Positions 56,631 to 64,000 of a DNA stretch of 64,000 nucleotides are shown piece after piece. The position numbers and the translations under genes were made by a program. Position 1 is the stretch's first letter; each line of letters opens with the position of its first letter. The stretch is from positions 889 through 64,888 of the forward strand of contig CAYOAZ010000001.1 of assembly GCA_964402285.1 (NCBI GenBank), given 5' to 3'. This DNA is from an uncultured Anaerolineae bacterium (GTDB lineage: Bacteria > Chloroflexota > Anaerolineae > JAADDB01). Under the pieces are notes generated by a model, which did not search any database, was not told where the DNA came from, and saw nothing but the letters and a program-made list of their open reading frames with translations.

Positions 56631-57350
56631 ATGCACATCGATATCATTACCCTGTTTCCCAATATGTTTCGTGGGCCCTTTGAGGAGAGCATTATTCGAC
56701 GGGCCCAGGAGATGGGCGCGCTTAGTATAGCCATTCATAACTTGCGCGCGTTTGGTTTGGGCAAACATCGTCAGGTAGATGATGTCCCCTACGGGGGCGC
56801 CGCAGGTATGTTGTTGCGCCCGGAGCCTATTGTGGCTGCGGTAGAAAGTATTCTGGATCAACCGGTGTTTCGTGGGGAAGGAGCGAAGGTGGAGGTAAGT
56901 ACACTCCCCCCGATTATTTTGCTAACCCCGCAAGGGCGTCCTTTGACACAATCGGTGGTTAAGGAATTGGCACACCATTCGCGACTGATTCTCATTTGTG
57001 GGCGTTACGAAGGGGTGGATGAACGGGTGCGGGAGTTTTTGGTAACGGATGAAATATCCATCGGCGATTATGTTCTTTCCGGAGGCGAATTGGCCGCAAT
57101 GGTGGTGGTGGATGCTATTGCACGCGTTTTGCCCGGGGTGTTGGGCTATGAGCGCGGGGCAGAAGAGGATTCCTTTGCCAGTGGCCTTCTCGAAGGTCCT
57201 CAATACACGCGTCCTCCCGAATTTCGAGGTCGAAAGGTGCCAGACGTGCTTTTGTCCGGTCATCATGCTCGTATTGCTGCCTGGCGACGAGAACAATCTC
57301 TTAAACGCACACGCGAACGTCGTCCAGACTTGTTGGAGGAACAGGGATGA
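56631..57350 (+). CDS. trmD: tRNA (guanine37-N1)-methyltransferase
   Basis: 239 aa with SPOUT motifs ([24 protein letters not shown]). Confidence 0.9.
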   Translation: MHIDIITLFPNMFRGPFEESIIRRAQEMGALSIAIHNLRAFGLGKHRQVDDVPYGGAAGMLLRPEPIVAAVESILDQPVFRGEGAKVEVSTLPPIILLTPQGRPLTQSVVKELAHHSRLILICGRYEGVDERVREFLVTDEISIGDYVLSGGELAAMVVVDAIARVLPGVLGYERGAEEDSFASGLLEGPQYTRPPEFRGRKVPDVLLSGHHARIAAWRREQSLKRTRERRPDLLEEQG

Positions 57351-57829
57351 CTTCGGAGCCTCAGGTACACTTACTATGGCCTCTCGAACGTCGTGCCTCC
57401 CCGCCTCAAATTCAAATACCCGCGGGATATACTCTGCGCTTATATCAGCCCGGCGACGAGAGCGCGTTTTTTCAGGTTATGGCACAGGTCGGTTGGCCTG
57501 GATGGGATGAAGAACGGTTGCGCCCTTGGCAAGAACGCCTTTTGCCGGACGGTTGGTTTGTAGTTGTTCATTTAGAGGATGGGCGTATTGTGGCTTCCGC
57601 AATGGCCTTACATGATTGTGGAGAGTTTGGTGAACCTGGGGGGGAAATAGGGTGGGTGGCCTGTGTGCCTGAACATCGACGTCGCGGTTTGGGGTCCGCT
57701 GTTACTGTGGCGGCTCTTCGGCGTTTGCTCTCTGAGGGATTTCGTTATGTACACCTTTATACAGAACCTTGGCGTACAGCGGCTTTAAACATGTACCGGC
57801 GTTTGGGGTTTGTAGAAGTATTTCCGTGA
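57347..57829 (+). CDS. GNAT-family N-acetyltransferase
   Basis: Acetyl-CoA motif [14 protein letters not shown]. Its ATGA start overlaps the trmD stop. Confidence 0.75.
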   Translation: MTSEPQVHLLWPLERRASPPQIQIPAGYTLRLYQPGDESAFFQVMAQVGWPGWDEERLRPWQERLLPDGWFVVVHLEDGRIVASAMALHDCGEFGEPGGEIGWVACVPEHRRRGLGSAVTVAALRRLLSEGFRYVHLYTEPWRTAALNMYRRLGFVEVFP

Positions 57830-58041
57830 TAAAGGACAAAGACGGCACGGGGAAATGTGTGTTATCCTGAGGTAGCAGGCTCTCATCTGGCAGACCGGCG
57901 AGTCGCAAAAGATTTTCTAGTGTTTTTAAATCAGATTGCTTTTTAGGCCGGAATCGGGTAATATACAGTGCATCGTATGAGAGAAGAGAGACTTTTAGAG
58001 TAGGATTTTCGCGAGAGATAATCCGTAAGGAGGGAGGGAGG

Positions 58042-58734
58042 ATGTACGGATACGGGTTGTATTTTCTTTTCGCGTTACCTGCTTTGCTCTTGGGACTATA
58101 TGCCCAATATAAAGTACAACGAGCGTTTGAAAAGTACTCCCGCGTGCGCACTTGGAGAGGTATTACTGGAGCCCAGGCGGCTCGGTACATTCTCGATGCG
58201 TTTGGTTTGCATGATGTGAGGATCGAGGAAGTGGGAGGGTTTCTTTCCGACCATTATGATCCTGCCCATCGGGTTTTACGTTTATCACCCAAAGTGGCCC
58301 GTACTCCGAGCATTGCCGCTGTGGGCGTAGCCGCCCATGAGGCTGGACATGCTATTCAGCATGCACAAGGGTATTGGGCCCTGCAGTTGCGGTCCGCTGC
58401 TGTACCGACCGTGCAATTTGGTTCCTGGTTGGGGCCGCTCATTTTCATGTTGGGACTTTTTGTCCGGATGACGAGTCTGGCCTGGTTGGGAGTGATTCTC
58501 TTTTCGGCTACTGTGGTTTTTGCCCTGATTACACTTCCTGTTGAGTTCGATGCTAGCGCACGCGCGAAGCGTATTTTGGTAGAGCAGGGTTTGTTGATGC
58601 CCGAGGAGATGCGGGGAGTTAATGAAGTTCTGGATGCTGCTGCTTTGACGTATGTGGCTGCCGCTATCCAAGCCATTAGTACTCTGTTGTACTACGTTTT
58701 TATATTGGCCGGCATGTCGCGACGCAACGATTGA
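58042..58734 (+). CDS. Putative neutral zinc metallopeptidase (YugP-like, Zn_peptidase_2 family), membrane-anchored
   Basis: HEAGHAIQH zinc-binding motif, a TM N-terminus and a C-terminal TM pair. Confidence 0.75.
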   Translation: MYGYGLYFLFALPALLLGLYAQYKVQRAFEKYSRVRTWRGITGAQAARYILDAFGLHDVRIEEVGGFLSDHYDPAHRVLRLSPKVARTPSIAAVGVAAHEAGHAIQHAQGYWALQLRSAAVPTVQFGSWLGPLIFMLGLFVRMTSLAWLGVILFSATVVFALITLPVEFDASARAKRILVEQGLLMPEEMRGVNEVLDAAALTYVAAAIQAISTLLYYVFILAGMSRRND

Positions 58735-58755
58735 GCAGATGTTGAGCCGGGGCAC

Positions 58756-58801
58756 GGTTTGACAATGTGCCCCGGCTTTCATAGTTTCTTTGAGGGGGAA
58801 C
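58756..58801 (+). terminator. Intrinsic terminator/attenuator between the metallopeptidase gene and htrA
   Basis: GCCGGGGCAC-ggtttgacaat-GTGCCCCGGC forms a 10-bp stem followed by TTTCATAGTTTCTTT. Confidence 0.55.
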
Positions 58802-58802
58802 A

Positions 58803-60053
58803 ATGGAAGACCGGAATTATAATATTTTAATCGCAGGTACGTTGGGCCTCTTTCTCCTATTAGTTTTATGCCTTTGCTCTGCAGTTTCCTATGTGGTGGG
58901 TTCAGAATTGCTCGGTGATTTAAATTCGCAGGCGACCAGGCCCGCCATCGTCATTACGCGAGTGATTACACCTGCCAATCCCATCCCCCCATCCTCTCAG
59001 GCGTTAGCGACCCCGACGCCACAATCTGATAGCGCTGTGTCACCGCCTTTCCTGTACGATCCTGAGGCAGACTATGAGACTCGTTTGTTAGAAGGAATTT
59101 ATGCGGCAGTCAATCCTTCGGTGGTATATATCGAAACTGATGAGGGAAGCGGGTCGGGGTTTGTATGGGATGCAGATGGACACATTGTAACAAATTTCCA
59201 CGTGGTTCACGGGGCGGAGAAGATAGTTGTCAAGTTCTGGGATGAGCGTGAGGCCCGGGCGGTTCTTAAGGGAGAAGATGCGGATAGTGATTTGGCGGTT
59301 ATTCAAGTATCTCCTGATGGTCTGGATTTGCGTCCAGTACGGTTAGGGGATTCTACAAACCTGCACGTTGGTGAGCGGGCTATCGCTATTGGGAATCCTT
59401 TCGGCCTCGAAGGAACGATGACCACAGGCATTATTAGCGCTTTAGGCCGGAGTATTGCTGCACCGAGTAACTACATTATCCCAGAGGCCATCCAAACCGA
59501 TGCTGCGGTGAATCCGGGTAATTCGGGAGGGCCGTTACTCAACGCTCGTGGCGAGGTAATCGGGATTGTCGCTCAAATTCGTTCCCCTGTACGTGCGAAC
59601 GCGGGCATTGGTTTTGCAGTCCCTATCCACATTGCGAAACGCGTTGTGCCGGCTCTTATTCAGTATGGTAAATACGAACATCCCTTTATTGGTATTCGAG
59701 GTCTTACACTTTCACCGGAGTTAAATAAGGCCTTAGGCCTGCCGCCGGATCTCCGTGGTGCTTACGTGGTAGAGGTTTTGCCGGGGTACCCAGCAGAAAA
59801 GGCTGGTCTTCGCGGAGGGCACGAACGGGTGAATTATCCTTTAGGCGAGGGGGAAGATGGTTCCGTTGTGTACCTGAAGAAGGGGGGCGATGTGATTATA
59901 GCTATCAATGATCAGCCTGTACACAAGTTTGTGGATTTGCTTGTGTACTTATATCGCTATGCTTCTCCGGGGGATACGGTGGTATTGACTATTTTGCGTG
60001 ACGGTCAGGAATTGCAGGTCCCTGTTACCCTTGGCGTTCGTCCTCGTCAGTAG
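58803..60053 (+). CDS. HtrA/DegP-like trypsin-fold serine protease with a PDZ domain
   Basis: Catalytic triad context (TNFHVV, DSDLAVIQV, GNSGGPLLN) plus a C-terminal PDZ and an N-terminal TM. Confidence 0.85.
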   Translation: MEDRNYNILIAGTLGLFLLLVLCLCSAVSYVVGSELLGDLNSQATRPAIVITRVITPANPIPPSSQALATPTPQSDSAVSPPFLYDPEADYETRLLEGIYAAVNPSVVYIETDEGSGSGFVWDADGHIVTNFHVVHGAEKIVVKFWDEREARAVLKGEDADSDLAVIQVSPDGLDLRPVRLGDSTNLHVGERAIAIGNPFGLEGTMTTGIISALGRSIAAPSNYIIPEAIQTDAAVNPGNSGGPLLNARGEVIGIVAQIRSPVRANAGIGFAVPIHIAKRVVPALIQYGKYEHPFIGIRGLTLSPELNKALGLPPDLRGAYVVEVLPGYPAEKAGLRGGHERVNYPLGEGEDGSVVYLKKGGDVIIAINDQPVHKFVDLLVYLYRYASPGDTVVLTILRDGQELQVPVTLGVRPRQ

Positions 60054-61023
60054 AAGGTGATGGGTTTGTGGGGGCAATCTGAATCGTGATAGGCGGGATT
60101 TTGTCTTGCCGTTCGAGTAGAAGTGTTACCAATGCCGTGATAAGTAAATCCGTTGTTGTAATAGGTAACCCTAGGTGTTCCATAGTTTCTTCTAGGAAAT
60201 GCAGGCGTTGTTGAAGCGCCTTTTTATTTATGCGGGCCTCTTCTAAAAGGTGTTGAAGACGTTGTTCGGCTGGTGTAGGATTTAACTCTAGGATGTGGAC
60301 GCCGTTTTCCTCAAGTTCTATCCCCCATGATTCAAGTTTTTCCCGAAATTGGATTTTAAAATCGCTCGCGAGTTTTGCGAGGTTTTCGCTTTTTTGCCAC
60401 TGTTTCTGTGTTTGTTTGATGAGCAATTTTCGTAAGATGTCCTGTCCTGTTATCTGGATGTGTTGACGCCATTTTTCGGGTGAAAAGTAGCGTAAATCGT
60501 CTATATTCTGACACTTTTCTGCATTTATGCGATAAGTGAGTCCTAATGTGCAGTTTACCGGTATGGTTTTGGTTGGCGCATTAAGTACAGATATTCTTGT
60601 CTGATACGCTGTTTTGGGAATTTCCACAACGTATTCCAAAAAAGGGATGAGAAGATGCCTCTCTCCAGGTCTTACGATCTTGACGAACCTCTCCTTTATG
60701 TTTACAAATGGACGGGTAAAAATTATACCCACCGCGTAATAGGGGGCTTGGTATACCATCAAGACCCAAAAAGCTGCCATTATCAGAATTCCTAATATAA
60801 CTCCGAGGGCAACTAAAAGGGCGAAATGCAGCGTAGAGCGGGTTAGATGTTGGCTGAGTTTTATCCAAACAATAAGCATAACGAATTCGGTGAAGAGAAA
60901 TAAAAATAATGCAGAACGAATTCGTTTACTTTCTGAACTGTTGGCGTGTTCGCTTGTTGTGTCCGCTGTTTCCGCGGATGGGGGAATGGCCGAATTCGGC
61001 TGGGGGGCTTTCTGATGGGTCAT
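60025..61023 (-). CDS. SPFH/band-7 (stomatin/flotillin-like) membrane protein encoded in a low-GC (~40-45%) island
   Basis: Two N-terminal TM helices then IKERFVKIVRPGERHLLIPFLEYV, which matches the ERFGK..PGL.F.IPF.D.V SPFH signature. The ATG at 61023 lies 7-8 nt after GGAGGAA, and the track ORF is extended to 61089. It overlaps the 3' end of htrA convergently. Confidence 0.65.
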   Translation of the reverse strand: MTHQKAPQPNSAIPPSAETADTTSEHANSSESKRIRSALFLFLFTEFVMLIVWIKLSQHLTRSTLHFALLVALGVILGILIMAAFWVLMVYQAPYYAVGIIFTRPFVNIKERFVKIVRPGERHLLIPFLEYVVEIPKTAYQTRISVLNAPTKTIPVNCTLGLTYRINAEKCQNIDDLRYFSPEKWRQHIQITGQDILRKLLIKQTQKQWQKSENLAKLASDFKIQFREKLESWGIELEENGVHILELNPTPAEQRLQHLLEEARINKKALQQRLHFLEETMEHLGLPITTTDLLITALVTLLLERQDKIPPITIQIAPTNPSPSTDEDERQG

Positions 61024-61359
61024 GAACTCGTTCCTCCGTTCGGGAAAGAGCGACATCCTTTCGGATGCGATGCTGTTGAAGTTGAACACAAGATATCGTG
61101 AATTTGTGCTTTCTTTGTTATATTGAGATGCAGGAGAATCAGAGAAGCCGTTATAGGGTTCTAAATATAGTATAACATATTAATGCAAGATGCCGTTGCA
61201 AGTACCTTTAGAGTAATTTTCAGCGTATGATGACGGATGGGGATTTGACAGTATGCGTCCAGGGTATGTAGGATGCAGGTCCAGGCTGCTGGTGTAAGTG
61301 TGGGCACAAGGCGGGGAGGTTGTTGTGTGTCTTTAATCTTTGCTTGAGGAGCAACGTGA

Positions 61360-62274
61360 ATGCCCACAAATTATGCTGTCTTGGGGGAGTTTGCCGCGCT
61401 ATCCGCTTCTGTATGTTTTACTTTTGGCCCTACACTGTTCACTTTGGCGGGACGTCGGGTAGGCGGTATTATCGTAAACCGTATGCGGCTGTTTCTGGGC
61501 TCTTTGTATCTGCTTGCGCTTCATTGGCTCTATTACGGCATTCCATTCCCACAGGTGCAGGGAGAACCCTTTCTGTACTTTCTTGCCTCTGGGATCCTCG
61601 GGATGGCTTTGGCTGATACGTTTATGATGCAAGCATTTGTATGCTTAGGCCCCCGTGTAACCTTGCTCATACTGAATCTTTCTCCTCCCTTGGCAACGGT
61701 TGTGGCATGGATCGTATTTAACGAACACCTTGCTTTGTCTCAACTAGCGGCGATTACCGTGGTTCTAGGAGGGGTGAGTTGGGTGCTTCTGGAACGTGGT
61801 GAACCGGACGAGGAAGGGGTTCAGCAGCGTCGGTATGGTACGCGTGGTATCCTTTATGCTTTGACTGCTGCTGTTGTCGGTACTGCCGGGACGTTGCTCG
61901 CAAAGCAAGGCCTGAGGCTCGGCGTTTCTCCTATTTCAGGGGCTACTGTGCGCATTGTAGGGGGAATGGTAGTTGTGTGGATATGGACTTTTGTTCGAGG
62001 AGACTTTATTATAACCCTGAAGGCGTATCGTTTTGCTCCTTCCGCGCTAGTGTATACCGCGCTCGGGGTGTTAGTAGGACCTGTGTTAGGGATGTTGCTC
62101 ATGCTGTTTTCCTTACAGCATATTCCGGTGGGGATTACAACGACGTTGACGTCTTTACCGCCGGTGTTGCTCTTACCTGTTGAGCACTGGGTATTTGGGG
62201 AACGGATAACTGTACGCGCGGTGTTGGGAACTGTAGTTGCTACTGTCGGGGTGGTGTGGTTGTTTGTCACATAA
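61360..62274 (+). CDS. EamA/DMT-family transporter (10 TM)
   Basis: Two EamA repeats of hydrophobic helices. 304 aa. Confidence 0.75.
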   Translation: MPTNYAVLGEFAALSASVCFTFGPTLFTLAGRRVGGIIVNRMRLFLGSLYLLALHWLYYGIPFPQVQGEPFLYFLASGILGMALADTFMMQAFVCLGPRVTLLILNLSPPLATVVAWIVFNEHLALSQLAAITVVLGGVSWVLLERGEPDEEGVQQRRYGTRGILYALTAAVVGTAGTLLAKQGLRLGVSPISGATVRIVGGMVVVWIWTFVRGDFIITLKAYRFAPSALVYTALGVLVGPVLGMLLMLFSLQHIPVGITTTLTSLPPVLLLPVEHWVFGERITVRAVLGTVVATVGVVWLFVT

Positions 62275-63494
62275 GTTCCTTGCTGCGGAGGCGATCTATG
62301 CCTGCAAAACCTTCACGGAACGTGGTTGTTTTAGGCATTGTTTCTTTTTTGAACGATGTCTCCAGTGAGATGACGCTTACCATTTTGCCCTTATTCCTGG
62401 CCAACGTCTTGGGCGCTCCTACAGCAGTTATCGGACTTATTGAGGGCATTGCTGAAACAACGGCTAGTTTGGTGAAGGTGTACGCGGGATGGTTGTCCGA
62501 TAAGGTACGTAAGCGCAAGATTTTGGCTTTGGTTGGGTATAGCATTTCTGCGTTTAGTAAGCCTCTTTTGTACTTTGCCCAGTCCTGGTCGGCGGTAGGG
62601 CTGATTCGTTTTGCGGATCGGGTGGGTAAAGGGGTTCGTACTGCTCCTCGTGATGCTTTAATCGCCGATTCTAGTCGGGCTGACCGACGGGGCCTTAGTT
62701 TTGGATTGCACCGTGCTTTGGACACAGGCGGTGCTGTGGTGGGACTTTCCTTGGCAGCGTTTATAGTCTACATGGGCCAGCGGGGCGCTTTAACGTTGGA
62801 ACGCGCTGTGTTCCAACGATTGGTTCTCTTCGCGGCTATCCCTGGCTTTCTGGCAGTACTTACGTTAATGTTCGGGGTGGTTGACGTCGCTCCCCGTCAA
62901 GCACACCAGCCGGCTGAGCGGTTGCGTTTTCAGTGGGGAGGCTGGGATAGGCGATTTTACGGCTTCTTGGTTGCCGTTGTTCTTTTTACGTTGGGAAACT
63001 CGTCGGATGCGTTTTTGGTGTTGCGGGCTCAGACTTTGCACGTTGCAGCCGCTTTTGTTGTTGTGCTGCTTATTGTTCAGAATATAACCTATGCTTTAAT
63101 ATCTACTCCGGCTGGTGCTTTGTCCGACCGTTGGGGACGGAAGCGTTTAATTCTTATGGCATGGGGATTGTACGCGTTGGTGTACTTAGGCTTCGCGTTG
63201 GCTCAAAGTGCGTGGCATGCATGGGCGTTGTTTGCGGTTTACGGGGTATATTATGGCATTGCTGAAGGTGTGGGAAAAGCGTTGGTAGCGGATGTTGTGG
63301 CTCCGGAGCGACGTGGTACAGCATACGGACTTTATCATACAGCCGTAGGGTTGACAGCATTTCCTGCCAGTTTGATAGCCGGGATTTTGTGGCAAGGGAT
63401 TGGCCCTTGGCCCGGTTGGGGACCTTCAGCTCCTTTTTTCTTCGGTGCTTTTATGGCGTTTATCGCGAGTGTTGTCCTATGGCGCTGGACGTGA
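62256..63494 (+). CDS. MFS transporter
   Basis: 12 predicted TM helices and the MFS motif A region (GWLSDKVRKRKIL). Confidence 0.8.
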   Translation: MVVCHISSLLRRRSMPAKPSRNVVVLGIVSFLNDVSSEMTLTILPLFLANVLGAPTAVIGLIEGIAETTASLVKVYAGWLSDKVRKRKILALVGYSISAFSKPLLYFAQSWSAVGLIRFADRVGKGVRTAPRDALIADSSRADRRGLSFGLHRALDTGGAVVGLSLAAFIVYMGQRGALTLERAVFQRLVLFAAIPGFLAVLTLMFGVVDVAPRQAHQPAERLRFQWGGWDRRFYGFLVAVVLFTLGNSSDAFLVLRAQTLHVAAAFVVVLLIVQNITYALISTPAGALSDRWGRKRLILMAWGLYALVYLGFALAQSAWHAWALFAVYGVYYGIAEGVGKALVADVVAPERRGTAYGLYHTAVGLTAFPASLIAGILWQGIGPWPGWGPSAPFFFGAFMAFIASVVLWRWT

Positions 63495-63513
63495 GAATTA
63501 TGCTATAAGAGGG

Positions 63514-63544
63514 AAAACGGCGGCACATAAAGTGCCGCCGTTTT
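63514..63544. terminator. Bidirectional terminator hairpin between the MFS gene and tRNA-Trp
   Basis: AAAACGGCGGCAC-ATAAA-GTGCCGCCGTTTT forms a perfect 10-bp stem flanked by A/T runs. Confidence 0.65.
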
Positions 63545-63620
<76 letters not shown>

Positions 63621-63705
63621 TGTTCACGAGAGATTGTAGCGTATACGTGCCGATTTGTCAACTTCGCCCTTGTTGGCGAAACACCAAACCTGTTTGTCCA
63701 GTTGA

Positions 63706-63744
63706 ATGACCCCATCCCAGCAGCCAGCGGTGGGATGGGGTCAT
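63706..63744. terminator. Perfect 13-bp palindromic hairpin upstream of the tRNA and downstream of the next minus-strand ORF
   Basis: ATGACCCCATCCCA-gcagccagcg-TGGGATGGGGTCAT. Confidence 0.5.
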
Positions 63745-63986
63745 ACCTCGCCCGAATCTCCCTCTTTCCCCACCTCCACCTCCACCCACTCAAAAGCAGG
63801 GTTATCCCGCCCCACCAGCGCTGCCAGCGCCTGGTCCAGTTCGTCCGGTATCTCGTTGAACTCAAACCGCACTCTCCCCCCACCCGAACCTTTAATCGCT
63901 TCTATCGCCGCTTGCCGAATGGCCTCTACCACCTCCTGCTGTTGCCCTTCCGTCAACTCCTCCCACGGCACCCAAAACACCCGCAC
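63741..63986 (-). CDS. Hypothetical acidic protein (81 aa in window; possibly N-terminally extended beyond the window end)
   Basis: The ORF begins 14 nt from the window edge. The acidic, Ala/Glu-rich sequence shows no motif I recognise. Confidence 0.35.
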   Translation of the reverse strand: MRVFWVPWEELTEGQQQEVVEAIRQAAIEAIKGSGGGRVRFEFNEIPDELDQALAALVGRDNPAFEWVEVEVGKEGDSGEV

Positions 63987-64000
63987 ACGGGTGCCATCCG

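Overview
This 64-kb window is a gene-dense chromosomal segment from a moderately GC-rich (~55%) bacterium. Several features suggest a monoderm thermophile, possibly Chloroflexota: a class E-like sortase, PT-rich linkers, LIGC/SACG lipoboxes, GGAGG ribosome-binding sites, extended -10 promoters and an encoded tRNA CCA end. This placement is inference only. I support about 57 protein genes, one tRNA-Trp(CCA), a tandem glycine riboswitch with its terminator in front of gcvT-gcvH-gcvPA-gcvPB, and several intrinsic or bidirectional terminator hairpins. I found no rRNA, no CRISPR array and no transposase or IS element.

The content is mostly housekeeping genes (serA, argS, lspA, rluD-like, trmH-like, metF, gcvTHP, trxB, rsmE, prmA, trmD, folB) interleaved with accessory genes. 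The accessory genes are:
- A giant membrane sensor with PAS and seven GAF domains that runs off the 5' edge and is therefore absent from the supplied ORF track.
- A glycosyltransferase family 2 (GT2) domain fused to a monotopic phosphoglycosyltransferase, lying in a sirtuin-sortase-DUF72 cluster.
- A bacterial dynamin-like GTPase.
- A HEPN/MNT toxin-antitoxin-like pair embedded in a chain of six overlapping genes.
- Two ABC importers, one NitT/TauT-type and one PotABCD-type.
- A GH31 alpha-glucosidase operon containing a polytopic membrane protein with six internal repeats.
- An orphan Dam methyltransferase.
- A NudC-like NUDIX-GNAT fusion.
- A radical SAM enzyme next to a ClC channel.
- A roughly 1.3-kb low-GC island encoding an SPFH/band-7 protein.

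The most unexplained sequence is a 490-nt hairpin-rich intergenic region at 26547-27036. It ends in two terminator-like hairpins directly upstream of the NitT/TauT ABC operon. It is a candidate riboswitch or small RNA that I could not assign to a known class by eye.
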